Virus record (IMG/VR): IMGVR_UViG_3300024261_001362
Location: 32,706-96,705 of that record
Source: a virus
DNA: 64,000 nt
Reading direction: 5' to 3' (one strand)
Made by a program: the position numbers and the translations under genes. Numbering within the stretch: the stretch's first letter is position 1; each line of letters starts with the position of its first letter. The notes beneath the pieces are model-generated. The model saw nothing but the letters and a program-made list of their open reading frames with translations, had not been told where the DNA came from and searched no databases. Below are positions 10,231 through 20,303 of this stretch, piece by piece.

Positions 10231-11167
10231 GTAAGATCCTCAATTTGTTTTTTATCACCCTGTTAATTTTATCATCTATGTTGGGTTTAATGAGTAGAAA
10301 TTTATCATCAGAAAATACATAGTGTCCACATATCTTTATTAGTTCTTTTTTGTTATTTTCAGGGATAAAGTGTTTATTAACCCATTTTTTCCATCTACCT
10401 GAACGATAACAAATTTGATAATATTCTTCTATGTCGTTACCCATTTCATCTAAATAACACAGTGTTTCGAGTTGACCAAATTCAGGAGCTATATTTATAG
10501 CATCCAGACCTAAATCAAACCTAGCTTTATATTCACTATTCAATAAGTAGTCCCCATTATGTTCTTTACTTTTCTTCCCGAAGCTTTTACAAGTGGTGAT
10601 CATTTGCTCCATGATGGTGGGACTGAAAGTTCCAGTATTAATCCTCTGTCCTAAGTTTAATCCAACTCCAGACTGTATAGATACATACTCTATAGCTTCA
10701 AATATTTCTGGTGATAGTCTTGATTCTAAATCTGACAAAAATGTATGCAGCGATGCCGGGTCAAATTCCTTTATGGCCGCTTCTGTGCCGACCTCGAACT
10801 TAATATTTCTATTGGTATAATAACAAAACTCTAAGTTGCTTATGCACGCCTTTAGTCCCTCGCGGTATTTGGGGTACTTTTTCCAAGGATCTATGTGAAT
10901 TATCTCTACATTTTTGCAGTCTGTTTTTAAGGACTCGTATCCGTCATCATCTATATAACCCTGACCTGCTCCTGCATGGTCTCTTTCAATAATAATTTGT
11001 CCATTCACATATTTGGTGAATGTTTTAGTGGTCCAATTATTAACATATCCACCATCGTAATCAATTTGTCTCCTAGAAGGAATAAAGCCAAAAATATTAC
11101 CAATATCTATAACAGCATCAACTATATTACGAGACATTGGGCCTATAAAATATTTAATATTATTCAT
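10211..11167 (-). CDS. GatZ/KbaZ-like TIM-barrel protein (putative hexulose-phosphate C4-epimerase)
   Basis: SRRQIDYDGGY, ERDHAG, IHIDP, EVGTE, KEHNGDY and NIAPEFG motifs. Confidence 0.72.
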   Translation of the reverse strand: MNNIKYFIGPMSRNIVDAVIDIGNIFGFIPSRRQIDYDGGYVNNWTTKTFTKYVNGQIIIERDHAGAGQGYIDDDGYESLKTDCKNVEIIHIDPWKKYPKYREGLKACISNLEFCYYTNRNIKFEVGTEAAIKEFDPASLHTFLSDLESRLSPEIFEAIEYVSIQSGVGLNLGQRINTGTFSPTIMEQMITTCKSFGKKSKEHNGDYLLNSEYKARFDLGLDAINIAPEFGQLETLCYLDEMGNDIEEYYQICYRSGRWKKWVNKHFIPENNKKELIKICGHYVFSDDKFLLIKPNIDDKINRVIKNKLRILHELVDK

Positions 11168-13067
11168 AATGCTTTTGTAACATTTGGGTTGACTTTAAAA
11201 ACAATAAGTCTCCAAATTCCTTTTCGTGTAAAGGTGCCATATTTAAAAAAATGAGAGAAGTGATGGTTTTTATTTTTTCTAAGTCATATTTATTATTTAC
11301 AATCCATTGTTCATAAATTAGTTTAAATTCATCCAATTTAGGCTCATGTTTGTAATCATAAGTTGCCATCTCTTTGTCAATGTAGCAAGAAAAATTATTA
11401 TTATCCTTCATTAACTTATAAGACATTAAGATACCACCATATAGTTTTGCTAAGTCATAATATACATCCCCGATAGATTGTTCTGCAAAATCTTGCCTCC
11501 AGTCTAATAAGCAGAATATACCGTGATCTTGATCAGTACAAATTACATTGTCAAATTGCAAATCTCCATGAAACATTTCTGTAGCCAGTCCGTCACTAAT
11601 TAGATCCCAATCAAAATCATCCAATAATTTCACCACGCTTTTATTTTTTACACCGTTAATAATGTGGTCACCTGAATATGACCCTTCCCTATTGGACAAG
11701 AACAATTGTAGTCTATTTAGTGTTTTGTCTTTATAGAATTTCAGACATTCCTCTTTAATCTCCTTATCAAATCGTTGCCACATATTGGTTTCTATGAAAG
11801 TAAGAAACTTTTTCCAAATATCGACATCGTTACAATCATATAGGGTGCTACCTTCCAGCCACTCGTATGCATACAAGTGATTACCGCTATAAATTATTTC
11901 TGGAACCAGCTTACCAAGTTTCTTGGCTCTGTCAACCCGACCGCTGATGAATTTACCGTCTGAAGACAGTTTAATAAAATTATCGTTAACCTTGTACAGA
12001 AATTCCCCATTGGTTTTAGGGATACTGTACTGTACAGTGTCATCGAATATCTTTTGGGCATGTAGGTAACTTTCTATAGTCCCAATATCATACCAGTCAA
12101 ACTTATATCCTTTAAATGTTGGATATTTATCACTGTTATAATAAGCACTTACAATTTCTGAACCGCTCAGTTGCTCCCAGAAGATTTTATAATCATTAAC
12201 CCCAGCTAATCCAATGAATGCGTAATCATACCCATCTTTGGATTTATTTACAAATGCAACTATGTCATCGTCTTCGATATTCGCAGTAGAGTATCGTTCT
12301 GACATACTGGTAGGATATAGTCCAAGCCAATTGGAGTCTATAGAAGTAGGTAGATCGTCTGTAATAATTACATCCGCCGTTGCCCAAATAAACGGTCTTT
12401 GTAGGTATTGTTCAGCTTGCTTGATTGAATAACCAGGACCAGTTCCTTCGCCTTCATATTTATCAACTGTAACAAAAGTAAAATTTTTATCTGGATGGGC
12501 TGCATGACAATACTCTCTAACCATTTCACCCTTGTATCCCAGCACCATAATAATATCGTACTCTTCTGGAACCTTATTAATGAGATGAGAGATAATCGCC
12601 TGATTGTCGAGCGGTAGCAGTCCCTTGTTTATATGTCGCGACAGATTTGCTAGCCTACTACCTACTCCCGCAGCCAGTATGCACAGTGCTGGTTTCATAT
12701 GCTCGTGCTCTATTCTGCCATCCTGACGATTAGTATCATCTGAAATTCTTATTACATCGTCTACTTCAGGAGTAGAAACTTCCTGTAAAATAATATCAGT
12801 TATCGCTATTACCCTATGTTTTCTTGGTGGAAGGACAGTAAAAAAGTCCCCCGCCTTCATAGTTTTCTTTTCTACGACTCCTTGATCATTTTCTAGCCAA
12901 ACTTCAGCCACGCCCTCAATTATATAATTTGTTTCCAGCTTTTCATGATGATATTGATAGCTTGTTTTTTGCCCAGCGTTAATATAGATTCGTTTATAAC
13001 AATATTTATCGTTCAATTCAAGCCAAGTTTCTTTTCCCCAAGGTTTATATATTGTTTTATAACTCAA
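11160..13067 (-). CDS. cupin + nucleotidyltransferase + phosphotransferase fusion protein
   Basis: KPWG...SYQYH..K.ET cupin; ILAAGVGSRL...K NTP-transferase; FHGDLQFDNV...LDWR...DVYYDLAK kinase. Confidence 0.87.
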   Translation of the reverse strand: MSYKTIYKPWGKETWLELNDKYCYKRIYINAGQKTSYQYHHEKLETNYIIEGVAEVWLENDQGVVEKKTMKAGDFFTVLPPRKHRVIAITDIILQEVSTPEVDDVIRISDDTNRQDGRIEHEHMKPALCILAAGVGSRLANLSRHINKGLLPLDNQAIISHLINKVPEEYDIIMVLGYKGEMVREYCHAAHPDKNFTFVTVDKYEGEGTGPGYSIKQAEQYLQRPFIWATADVIITDDLPTSIDSNWLGLYPTSMSERYSTANIEDDDIVAFVNKSKDGYDYAFIGLAGVNDYKIFWEQLSGSEIVSAYYNSDKYPTFKGYKFDWYDIGTIESYLHAQKIFDDTVQYSIPKTNGEFLYKVNDNFIKLSSDGKFISGRVDRAKKLGKLVPEIIYSGNHLYAYEWLEGSTLYDCNDVDIWKKFLTFIETNMWQRFDKEIKEECLKFYKDKTLNRLQLFLSNREGSYSGDHIINGVKNKSVVKLLDDFDWDLISDGLATEMFHGDLQFDNVICTDQDHGIFCLLDWRQDFAEQSIGDVYYDLAKLYGGILMSYKLMKDNNNFSCYIDKEMATYDYKHEPKLDEFKLIYEQWIVNNKYDLEKIKTITSLIFLNMAPLHEKEFGDLLFLKSTQMLQKHYE

Positions 13068-13413
13068 TTTCTGCGATCCCTTCGTTTCTGTGAATATTTA
13101 TTGAATATGCAGTATCTATACCACTATCAGGCTTTCTGTCGTTTATCAATATTCTATTCCCACCACCAATTCCCATAATCAACTGATCATAAAATATATT
13201 ATTTTCTTGTAACTGCATTTCTGTCTGTTGCCTACAAGATTCTCTCCTCCCAGTTATAAGAATTATGTTATAACCCTTTTTATCCCATTTATGTAATTTT
13301 TCTCGTACACCTTCTAATACCACTGGCTTTTCACTCATTTGTGCATGAAGATCTCCGTGGTGGTACAAAAGGGTTCCATCTATATCACATATAATTGTTT
13401 TTGGTTTATTCAT
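13057..13413 (-). CDS. HAD-superfamily phosphatase
   Basis: CDIDGTL, ITGR, INDRK. Confidence 0.85.
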   Translation of the reverse strand: MNKPKTIICDIDGTLLYHHGDLHAQMSEKPVVLEGVREKLHKWDKKGYNIILITGRRESCRQQTEMQLQENNIFYDQLIMGIGGGNRILINDRKPDSGIDTAYSINIHRNEGIAEIEL

Positions 13414-13414
13414 T

Positions 13415-14119
13415 TTACCCCCTTCTATGAAGGTCTATAATACAAGAAAATCCTTCTTCTCTCACATGATTGCCGCACTGTGAAGGGTCTGGAAGGGTTT
13501 TAATATTGTGTTTTACTGCTAAATTTGTGAGAATACTTTGGTCGTGTCTATGGTCTTCAAATTCAGGGTAATTCGGGAGACCGCAAATATTGGGTAGGTC
13601 AGTTATAATATTTTCATTTTGAGCATATTTCAAAGCTTCTGTGTAGAATTCTATAGAAAAATCTGTTTTTTTTACAAATTGAAATCCTGCTGTTAGTTGG
13701 GTGGCATTAATATATTTTTCGCTATCGACATCCATATATACGAAACAATCTCTTTTGGTAAACTTTTTATTTATATGTCCATCTCTAAATAAAATTATGC
13801 CTTTTTCGTTTTGCTTACATGCTTCTATATATGGTTTAACATGATTAATAAATGATGCTCCTGAATCACAATAAAATAGAACATCTTCTGTGGTCATACG
13901 TTGTAGTGTTTTGTGAATTATATATGGTTTCCACATCCAATATCCTGCACCTCTTCTTTGGTTTAAGATATTTGCGAATTTAACTCTGTAATCCTCATCT
14001 ATATCTTCAACACTATATTCAATTACCCTATCAAATCCACCAACTTTCAATCCAGTGGACGTATTGTCCTTTCTAGAGTTGTAATATCTTAAGTGTGCGT
14101 AATTTATTAGTATATTCAT
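13415..14119 (-). CDS. putative glycosyltransferase
   Basis: GAGYWMWKPY, FYCDSG and HRHDQSIL motifs. Confidence 0.65.
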   Translation of the reverse strand: MNILINYAHLRYYNSRKDNTSTGLKVGGFDRVIEYSVEDIDEDYRVKFANILNQRRGAGYWMWKPYIIHKTLQRMTTEDVLFYCDSGASFINHVKPYIEACKQNEKGIILFRDGHINKKFTKRDCFVYMDVDSEKYINATQLTAGFQFVKKTDFSIEFYTEALKYAQNENIITDLPNICGLPNYPEFEDHRHDQSILTNLAVKHNIKTLPDPSQCGNHVREEGFSCIIDLHRRG

Positions 14120-14967
14120 TTTATTCTCTTAATAATATTTTTACAGGTTCCATTTAAAGTAAAATAATCTTTATATAGTTTCATTCCATTATTTAGCATA
14201 CACTGATACTGTTCATCGTCTATAGTTGATAATACATCATAGATTTCTGGAATCATATCTTCATGTATCAGTACGGCAAATTCATTCCAATCTAATTCAT
14301 CCGACCAAGGAAGAAAGAATTTATCGGTAATAATAACAGGAACAGATCCTAATTGGAAGCATTCATAAAGTCTAAATGAGTTTAAACCATAACCCCTTGG
14401 ACATAGGACGAACTTACTTCTTGTAGAAATATTTACAAATGTGCTTTGGTCCTGATTGCTAACTTCAGGATTCCAATCTTTTAAATGGAAGCTACAGTTT
14501 GGACTATCCTTCATTGATTCATATACTTTAGACCTAATGGGATGCGTAACAGACCCCACAAAAGAGCATAACAAATCTTTATTCTCTACTGAGACTTTAT
14601 TTGGACACATAAGTAGAGGATTATACATAGTAGAACAAACTAATGGTATTGGCACTCCTCCTTTATTTCCGCCTGCACTAAAATGAATTGTATCTGGTGG
14701 TAGGTTTTCCAAAATACCATCGTCAAATTGGGATACAACAAAGTATTTATCATTTGGATTCAAACTATCTAAAGCTTCCTGTAATCCATTTGTTTTTTTG
14801 TCTATGTAACAAGTAGTCCAACTTACTGGGATGAATTTTCTTGTCGTTTCAATATTGTTACTATAAAACCAATCACAAAAATAGTCTTCAAGGTATAATC
14901 CTTGGTGGTATGGTGGATATGTAGGATATAATGGTTTGGGTCTAAACTGGTCGAATTTTTCCAGCAT
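14116..14967 (-). CDS. exostosin (GT47)-family glycosyltransferase
   Basis: SKFVLCPRGYG..SFRLYE....GSVPVII...LPW. Confidence 0.85.
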   Translation of the reverse strand: MLEKFDQFRPKPLYPTYPPYHQGLYLEDYFCDWFYSNNIETTRKFIPVSWTTCYIDKKTNGLQEALDSLNPNDKYFVVSQFDDGILENLPPDTIHFSAGGNKGGVPIPLVCSTMYNPLLMCPNKVSVENKDLLCSFVGSVTHPIRSKVYESMKDSPNCSFHLKDWNPEVSNQDQSTFVNISTRSKFVLCPRGYGLNSFRLYECFQLGSVPVIITDKFFLPWSDELDWNEFAVLIHEDMIPEIYDVLSTIDDEQYQCMLNNGMKLYKDYFTLNGTCKNIIKRIK

Positions 14968-15571
14968 TGAATTTTTCCCTTACTAAATCTAAAATTTTAA
15001 TTTTGTTATCAATTCCAGCAACCCAATTTGCGTGATGTACTAGTATGTCATCAGGGATATCAAAGTCTTCTCCATTCCAAGGTCGAGGTACTATATGACC
15101 AAATGTAAAAAATCTTTTTGATAGAAATTTGTGCTTGCATATGTGTATTTGATCGTTTAACGATGTTTGATCTTCACGGTTATAAAACTCCTTCATGTTT
15201 TGAAACATCTTTAATGTCGTGTCATTACACTTACAGATGAAGAATCCTGAGCTAAATGTAGTTATATCATCCTGACAGGCTATATCACAATCTCCTAATT
15301 CTTCAATCATTTCATTCTTAAAATTACCAAAGAACTGAATGTCTACATCGGAAAATATAAACATATCTCCGAAATTTTCTTTACATATTTCTTCAAAAAA
15401 CTCAACTTTTCTAAAACATGTCTTATCCCACCCTGCTTGGTAGAAACTTCCAGTAGGACATTCTTGTGGTATTTCCTTTACATGTAGTTTAAATTCATCT
15501 GGAATACTTGTGAGAAAGTAATTTTCATACATATCTCTATGGGATGGAGTAAAGATACTATATAAATTCAT
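14942..15571 (-). CDS. GT77-like nucleotide-diphospho-sugar transferase
   Basis: FSDVDI, SSGFF, DQ..LN and HHANW..G...K motifs. Confidence 0.75.
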   Translation of the reverse strand: MNLYSIFTPSHRDMYENYFLTSIPDEFKLHVKEIPQECPTGSFYQAGWDKTCFRKVEFFEEICKENFGDMFIFSDVDIQFFGNFKNEMIEELGDCDIACQDDITTFSSGFFICKCNDTTLKMFQNMKEFYNREDQTSLNDQIHICKHKFLSKRFFTFGHIVPRPWNGEDFDIPDDILVHHANWVAGIDNKIKILDLVREKFNAGKIRPV

Positions 15572-15573
15572 AT

Positions 15574-16215
15574 TTAACCCTTATTCTTTAGGTATAATGC
15601 ATCGCCCCATGTGCCACCATCTGCCTGCCAATACTCAACTATACGTTGGAATCCAAAATCTGATAAGAAATTATCAATATCTTCAATCCTTGGACAGTCT
15701 TTGTATAATTCTTCTCTGTTTACTTCTGACAATACCAGATCTATATGTTCTAATGTCTTGGTAGCCCCTCTAAGGACTTCTAACTCATACCCTTGAACAT
15801 CCACATTAATAAAATTGTAATCGTTCCTGTCGAACTCCTCATCATCTAATCGTGTGATTTCAACTTCGGTCTTATTATTAAATTCGATTTGTGGATATTG
15901 TTCTAAATGATAAGCTGGTTCAAGTATTGATGAAGACAATCCTCTATCTTCTAAATACATCTCTACCGTACCAGTAGTATTACCTAAAGCAATATTTCTT
16001 AATTTTACTTCTGGTCCCACCTTCTCTTTTAAACCAGCAAAATTATCTGGTAGTGGTTCGTAAAATAACAAATTGTCAATACCAAATTGCTTATACAGAG
16101 GATATTCTTGACCCTCATGTGCTCCAATATGAATACATCCATTAATTTCTAATGAAATTCCATGACGACGATACAATTCATTAGCTATATTTTGTAACGA
16201 ACCTAGTATTTCCAT
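15574..16215 (-). CDS. FkbM-family methyltransferase
   Basis: IHIGAHEG, NVDVQGYELEVLRG, WGDALY. Confidence 0.88.
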   Translation of the reverse strand: MEILGSLQNIANELYRRHGISLEINGCIHIGAHEGQEYPLYKQFGIDNLLFYEPLPDNFAGLKEKVGPEVKLRNIALGNTTGTVEMYLEDRGLSSSILEPAYHLEQYPQIEFNNKTEVEITRLDDEEFDRNDYNFINVDVQGYELEVLRGATKTLEHIDLVLSEVNREELYKDCPRIEDIDNFLSDFGFQRIVEYWQADGGTWGDALYLKNKG

Positions 16216-16223
16216 TTTATTCC

Positions 16224-17012
16224 TTAATCTGTAGTTATTCTGTGTTTTGGAAATCCAAGTTTCTTTCTTTCCTCAAATACTTGACCATCTCTACCCGAAA
16301 AATAAAGTGTTTTTTGTGCAGAGGCGTCATAATCGCCAGAATTAGAATTTCCATCTTGAGCATAGTGCTCATGTTTAATAATCATTTGGTCGATATATGT
16401 TACTTTGTTGAGCCTTTTAACTTCTTGTGTAAACTCATCGTCACAATATAGACTCTTATAATCAGGATGGTAGATATAACCAAAATGATCGTATAGCTTT
16501 CTCCCCAAAATTGAAAAAGTAATCAACCCACCCTTATCAGCATATCCATCGTCGAATGAGACACAACCATCCAGACTTGGGTAATGTTCCATCATAGCTG
16601 TTGCAATGTAATCATCCCAGTTGTCAACCTGTGGGATCATATCATCTGAAATAACAATTACGATATCCCAATTCGTTGATCCCTCTATGAGAACATTCCC
16701 TTTAATTGCGTAAGGGTTTTCCCAATTGATATTGGCATTTACAGCACCAATTTTAGTTGTATTTTTTTCAAAGTATACGGCTCCAGAACAAAAGTTATCG
16801 TGCCATTTATCTTGATTGTTCCTAGTCTGATTATGAAATGCCTCCTGCATCATATCCTTCATGTCAGGGTTATTCATAGTTTCGTCAGCGACATCGCAAT
16901 TGATATTGAAAAATATACTATGCCGACCACTGGTGTTATTGAGATACTTCTTTAAGCAAGACAAAAACTTTTCAGGTCTTGCTAATGTTGGAAATTGAGC
17001 CAATATTTTCAT
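16224..17012 (-). CDS. GT2-like glycosyltransferase
   Basis: VISDDMIP (DxD-like), YKSLYCDDE, HEH. Confidence 0.7.
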   Translation of the reverse strand: MKILAQFPTLARPEKFLSCLKKYLNNTSGRHSIFFNINCDVADETMNNPDMKDMMQEAFHNQTRNNQDKWHDNFCSGAVYFEKNTTKIGAVNANINWENPYAIKGNVLIEGSTNWDIVIVISDDMIPQVDNWDDYIATAMMEHYPSLDGCVSFDDGYADKGGLITFSILGRKLYDHFGYIYHPDYKSLYCDDEFTQEVKRLNKVTYIDQMIIKHEHYAQDGNSNSGDYDASAQKTLYFSGRDGQVFEERKKLGFPKHRITTD

Positions 17013-17878
17013 AGCTGTTCCTCCAAGGTCTTCACCTTATTGGCTTCGTCTGTACATTCAATAGCCTTTAATAGTCTAATAGTTCTATTAAAACATGTGT
17101 GCTTACGTTTGATTTGTCCTTTTATAGCCTCGGAAATGTTATCAGCTTCTTGCTCGTGAAACAATGTTGCTAAAATTTTATTTAGAGTTTCTTTTTGATT
17201 GTCTGGAACCTGTAGTATAGTGGAAGGACACCTAAAAGTAGATTCGAAAAATAATTGAGAAAACACAACATGTAAATCGTCAACCAGTAAAGCTTTCCTA
17301 TACCTATCAACTATACTGATAAAACTCGCAATGTCAATATTAAAATCAAAATCTTTTTCATCAGTTCCAATTCCTATTGTGTGATATGATTCTTCCTTGT
17401 CTGTAAAACTTTTGATTGTATCTGCGTTACCACTTGTAACAATACAGGTTGATAAATTAAATGGTGTAACTTCTTGTTTAGGAACAAAAATATCCAATCC
17501 CGGTAGTATGTTAATCAATTTAGTCTGTGATTTATTTAATGGACTCATTAACTCGTGAGTGTTTGTAAACAATAGTTTTGATTTAATTTTTCTTGATGCA
17601 AATTCTTGTTCAATCTGATTAATCATTTGATTATCTGCACCCGTGATATTCAAAACCACCTCAATATTGCTGCCACTTAAATATTTCATAATGTCTTGTG
17701 TAATGAACCGAAAGTGAGTCAGGAAAACATCTGGGCTGGTAGCATCGAAAATATCAAATGTACTAATATTCTTATCGGCCCAAAACACTGCATCACATTT
17801 AGACTCAACCATACACCTATGAAGATACAATGCTTCAGTAGAAAGCGGTGTTGAATAATTTTGTAGTAGCATTTTCAT
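17009..17878 (-). CDS. hypothetical protein, possibly a degenerate GT-B glycosyltransferase
   Basis: C-terminal KHTCFNR resembles GT-B HTxxxR ends. Confidence 0.45.
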   Translation of the reverse strand: MKMLLQNYSTPLSTEALYLHRCMVESKCDAVFWADKNISTFDIFDATSPDVFLTHFRFITQDIMKYLSGSNIEVVLNITGADNQMINQIEQEFASRKIKSKLLFTNTHELMSPLNKSQTKLINILPGLDIFVPKQEVTPFNLSTCIVTSGNADTIKSFTDKEESYHTIGIGTDEKDFDFNIDIASFISIVDRYRKALLVDDLHVVFSQLFFESTFRCPSTILQVPDNQKETLNKILATLFHEQEADNISEAIKGQIKRKHTCFNRTIRLLKAIECTDEANKVKTLEEQL

Positions 17879-18621
17879 AATTTTGTGGTCTTTCTTAAAA
17901 CCTTGATGTTATCAATTTTTCTTATCGGCCTATCTATAACATTTTCTTGAATGTACAGATCTTGTTTTTTACATAATTCATTTATTGCCTCAAACATAAA
18001 TTTGTTTTTATATTCTGTCGTAGAAACAATTTTATAAAAATGATTGACTGCATTAGTATTATTTAAATATAGGATTTCAGTCCAGTATTTATCCTTTATG
18101 CCTAGCGATAGCCTTTGCAGTTTAGATCTTTCTTCTATAATTCCTATTTCAAAATTAGAATCATCTATTTGATTTTGCGTCACTATCGAAGAATTTTCAA
18201 AATTTAACATGTCTAAATGTAATGGAGAAAATAAAACTCCTCCACCAAAAAAAATAATCTTATTATTCATTATTGTATTTAAACACAACCTGATACTCTC
18301 GCAGCAGTTTGAATTGTAATACATTTGGTTTTCTACAACTTTAATGTTGATGTTGGAAAATTTCGTTTTTAAAAAACTCACAATCTTAATGGATTCAAAA
18401 CCAACACAAACAATAATCTCAAAATTTTGGAAAGTCGCCTGAATACTTTGTATCTGTTTTTCTATAACAGTCTTACCATCCTCTAACTTCAACATAGAGA
18501 TTGGTCCATAGCTTTTCATTCTATATCCATGATTCTCACCAAGCAAGACTACGGTTATAAATTCTTTTTTCTTGGAGACCTTTCCCTTTTTCGGACTAGT
18601 AATGAAATTCTTATTTCTCAT
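17875..18621 (-). CDS. nucleotidyltransferase-like protein (LicC/MobA fold)
   Basis: LLGENHGYRMKSYGP..L, VCVGF, VEN..Y..SN. Confidence 0.65.
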   Translation of the reverse strand: MRNKNFITSPKKGKVSKKKEFITVVLLGENHGYRMKSYGPISMLKLEDGKTVIEKQIQSIQATFQNFEIIVCVGFESIKIVSFLKTKFSNINIKVVENQMYYNSNCCESIRLCLNTIMNNKIIFFGGGVLFSPLHLDMLNFENSSIVTQNQIDDSNFEIGIIEERSKLQRLSLGIKDKYWTEILYLNNTNAVNHFYKIVSTTEYKNKFMFEAINELCKKQDLYIQENVIDRPIRKIDNIKVLRKTTKL

Positions 18622-19352
18622 ACAACCTTTACCATATTACTTAACTGAGCCATAGATTCAATGCTTTCAACTGTTTTATCGAAATCATTATGGTTCATGT
18701 ACTCACTATTAATAGCGGAAAACAATGAGCAGACTGTGTCCTGTTGTTTAAATATTATATTCTTATCTAAATCATGATTAAGCGAGATATTTATTTTAGA
18801 GAATAAATCAGGATTAATAATGTCTCCAGCATGTAGTTTAATCAAATAGTTACTACCATACAAATTGGAGAAACAACTGAAGTCACGAACTTCTGCTTCT
18901 TTAACTCCTGTCAAAACTAACTTAGAATTTTTAAACCCATTATCAATTAATGTGTTAGTAAGATGTGCCATCTTTGATACATCTTTAGTTGTAAATGAAC
19001 TAATAATTACTTTTATTTTATCGGGTGGATATTGAGTATCTAAAATTGAGTTGATAGTTTTTTCTACTTTATCGGGATTACCTTCGTCGTATATAGCTAT
19101 CCCGAAAGTAGGCTTAATTTCATTCTGTGCCTCTTCAAGTGTAATCTCAGTGTCTTCATCCCTATATAGATTACATAGCCTTGTGAGACCATATAATGTA
19201 CCTGTGTCTTCCTTAACAACTAAACACTCTTGACGCTCTTTAAAGTTTTTTATCCTTTTAGCGGTACAGCCTATTTGTAAATTACCAACCCTCTTAGCAA
19301 ATTTACAACCCTTACAGGTCATAGCCACTTTATCGTTCTGCGGTGATTTCAT
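18618..19352 (-). CDS. hypothetical protein with N-terminal Cys cluster
   Basis: CKGCKFA...C...C; probable start ATG 19352. Confidence 0.5.
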   Translation of the reverse strand: MKSPQNDKVAMTCKGCKFAKRVGNLQIGCTAKRIKNFKERQECLVVKEDTGTLYGLTRLCNLYRDEDTEITLEEAQNEIKPTFGIAIYDEGNPDKVEKTINSILDTQYPPDKIKVIISSFTTKDVSKMAHLTNTLIDNGFKNSKLVLTGVKEAEVRDFSCFSNLYGSNYLIKLHAGDIINPDLFSKINISLNHDLDKNIIFKQQDTVCSLFSAINSEYMNHNDFDKTVESIESMAQLSNMVKVV

Positions 19353-19743
19353 AATATATACCATTAATCTGAGTGGTTATAACTTTTAAGTCAAGTTGGG
19401 ATATAATATTTGCAATTTGTGTTACATCTGACATAGACTTACAATTTGCAACTACTTCGGATGCATCTTCTGTAGACATAAGATTGTTTATAACATTAGT
19501 AGTAAACATTCTTAGATCAATGCCTCCAATTACTATTTTACCACCAATTCTTAGTTTCTTTCTGAGACTAACTAGACAATCTGTAATATTTTTATAGTCA
19601 AAATGATTTAGAATTTTATCTGCCAAAATATATTCACACTCATTGTCGGAGATATCTTCAAAATCTATATTACCGTTTTTTACGGCGATTTCTCTTATGC
19701 CTTCAATCTTTTGTTGATTTGGAATAGTAAGTTGTATTTTCAT
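19330..19743 (-). CDS. methyltransferase-like protein, probably degenerate
   Basis: DNECEYILAD.IL.H...KKLRIGGKI resembles the C-terminal half of class I methyltransferases. Confidence 0.5.
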   Translation of the reverse strand: MKIQLTIPNQQKIEGIREIAVKNGNIDFEDISDNECEYILADKILNHFDYKNITDCLVSLRKKLRIGGKIVIGGIDLRMFTTNVINNLMSTEDASEVVANCKSMSDVTQIANIISQLDLKVITTQINGIYYEITAER

Positions 19744-19757
19744 TTATAACTCCGTAT

Positions 19758-20303
19758 TTATTTTAATAACCATAAGCAAGACAATTTGTTTTCATAATCT
19801 TCATTAAGACAAAGTAGGGGTTGCCCTAAATTAAATGGTGCGGCTTCTAAAGATATTTTAGAATGTTTCATATTTGGAGCTTCCATTCTTGAATCGTTAT
19901 CTGCTCCATTAAATGTAGTCGATAGTAGATATTTAGAAGATTTTCTGAATAACTCTATAGATTTATTAACCATATCATTAGGTAAATGTATGAACACATC
20001 TCTGCATATGATCATATCAGAATCTCTCATACATTCAGTTATTATATCTAAATTTTGACATTTTAATTTGTTGTTCCATGTGTCTCTTGATATTAAATCA
20101 TATCCTAAATAATCTATACCAGACAGATCAATAGTCGAAATCCAATTTAAATCTCCACAGCCAGCATCATTTATTGTTTTAATATCATAATCTTTAATGA
20201 TTTGGGGTAATTGTTTTCTAATATTTTCTGTGTGTGCAATTTCAGATCCCCATCCACACACAGTTCCAGACGCAGACCAGCCTTTTTCAAACATACTTTT
20301 CAT
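19758..20303 (-). CDS. class I SAM-dependent methyltransferase
   Basis: DAGCGDLNW, YLGYD, ICRDVFIHL. Confidence 0.82.
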   Translation of the reverse strand: MKSMFEKGWSASGTVCGWGSEIAHTENIRKQLPQIIKDYDIKTINDAGCGDLNWISTIDLSGIDYLGYDLISRDTWNNKLKCQNLDIITECMRDSDMIICRDVFIHLPNDMVNKSIELFRKSSKYLLSTTFNGADNDSRMEAPNMKHSKISLEAAPFNLGQPLLCLNEDYENKLSCLWLLK

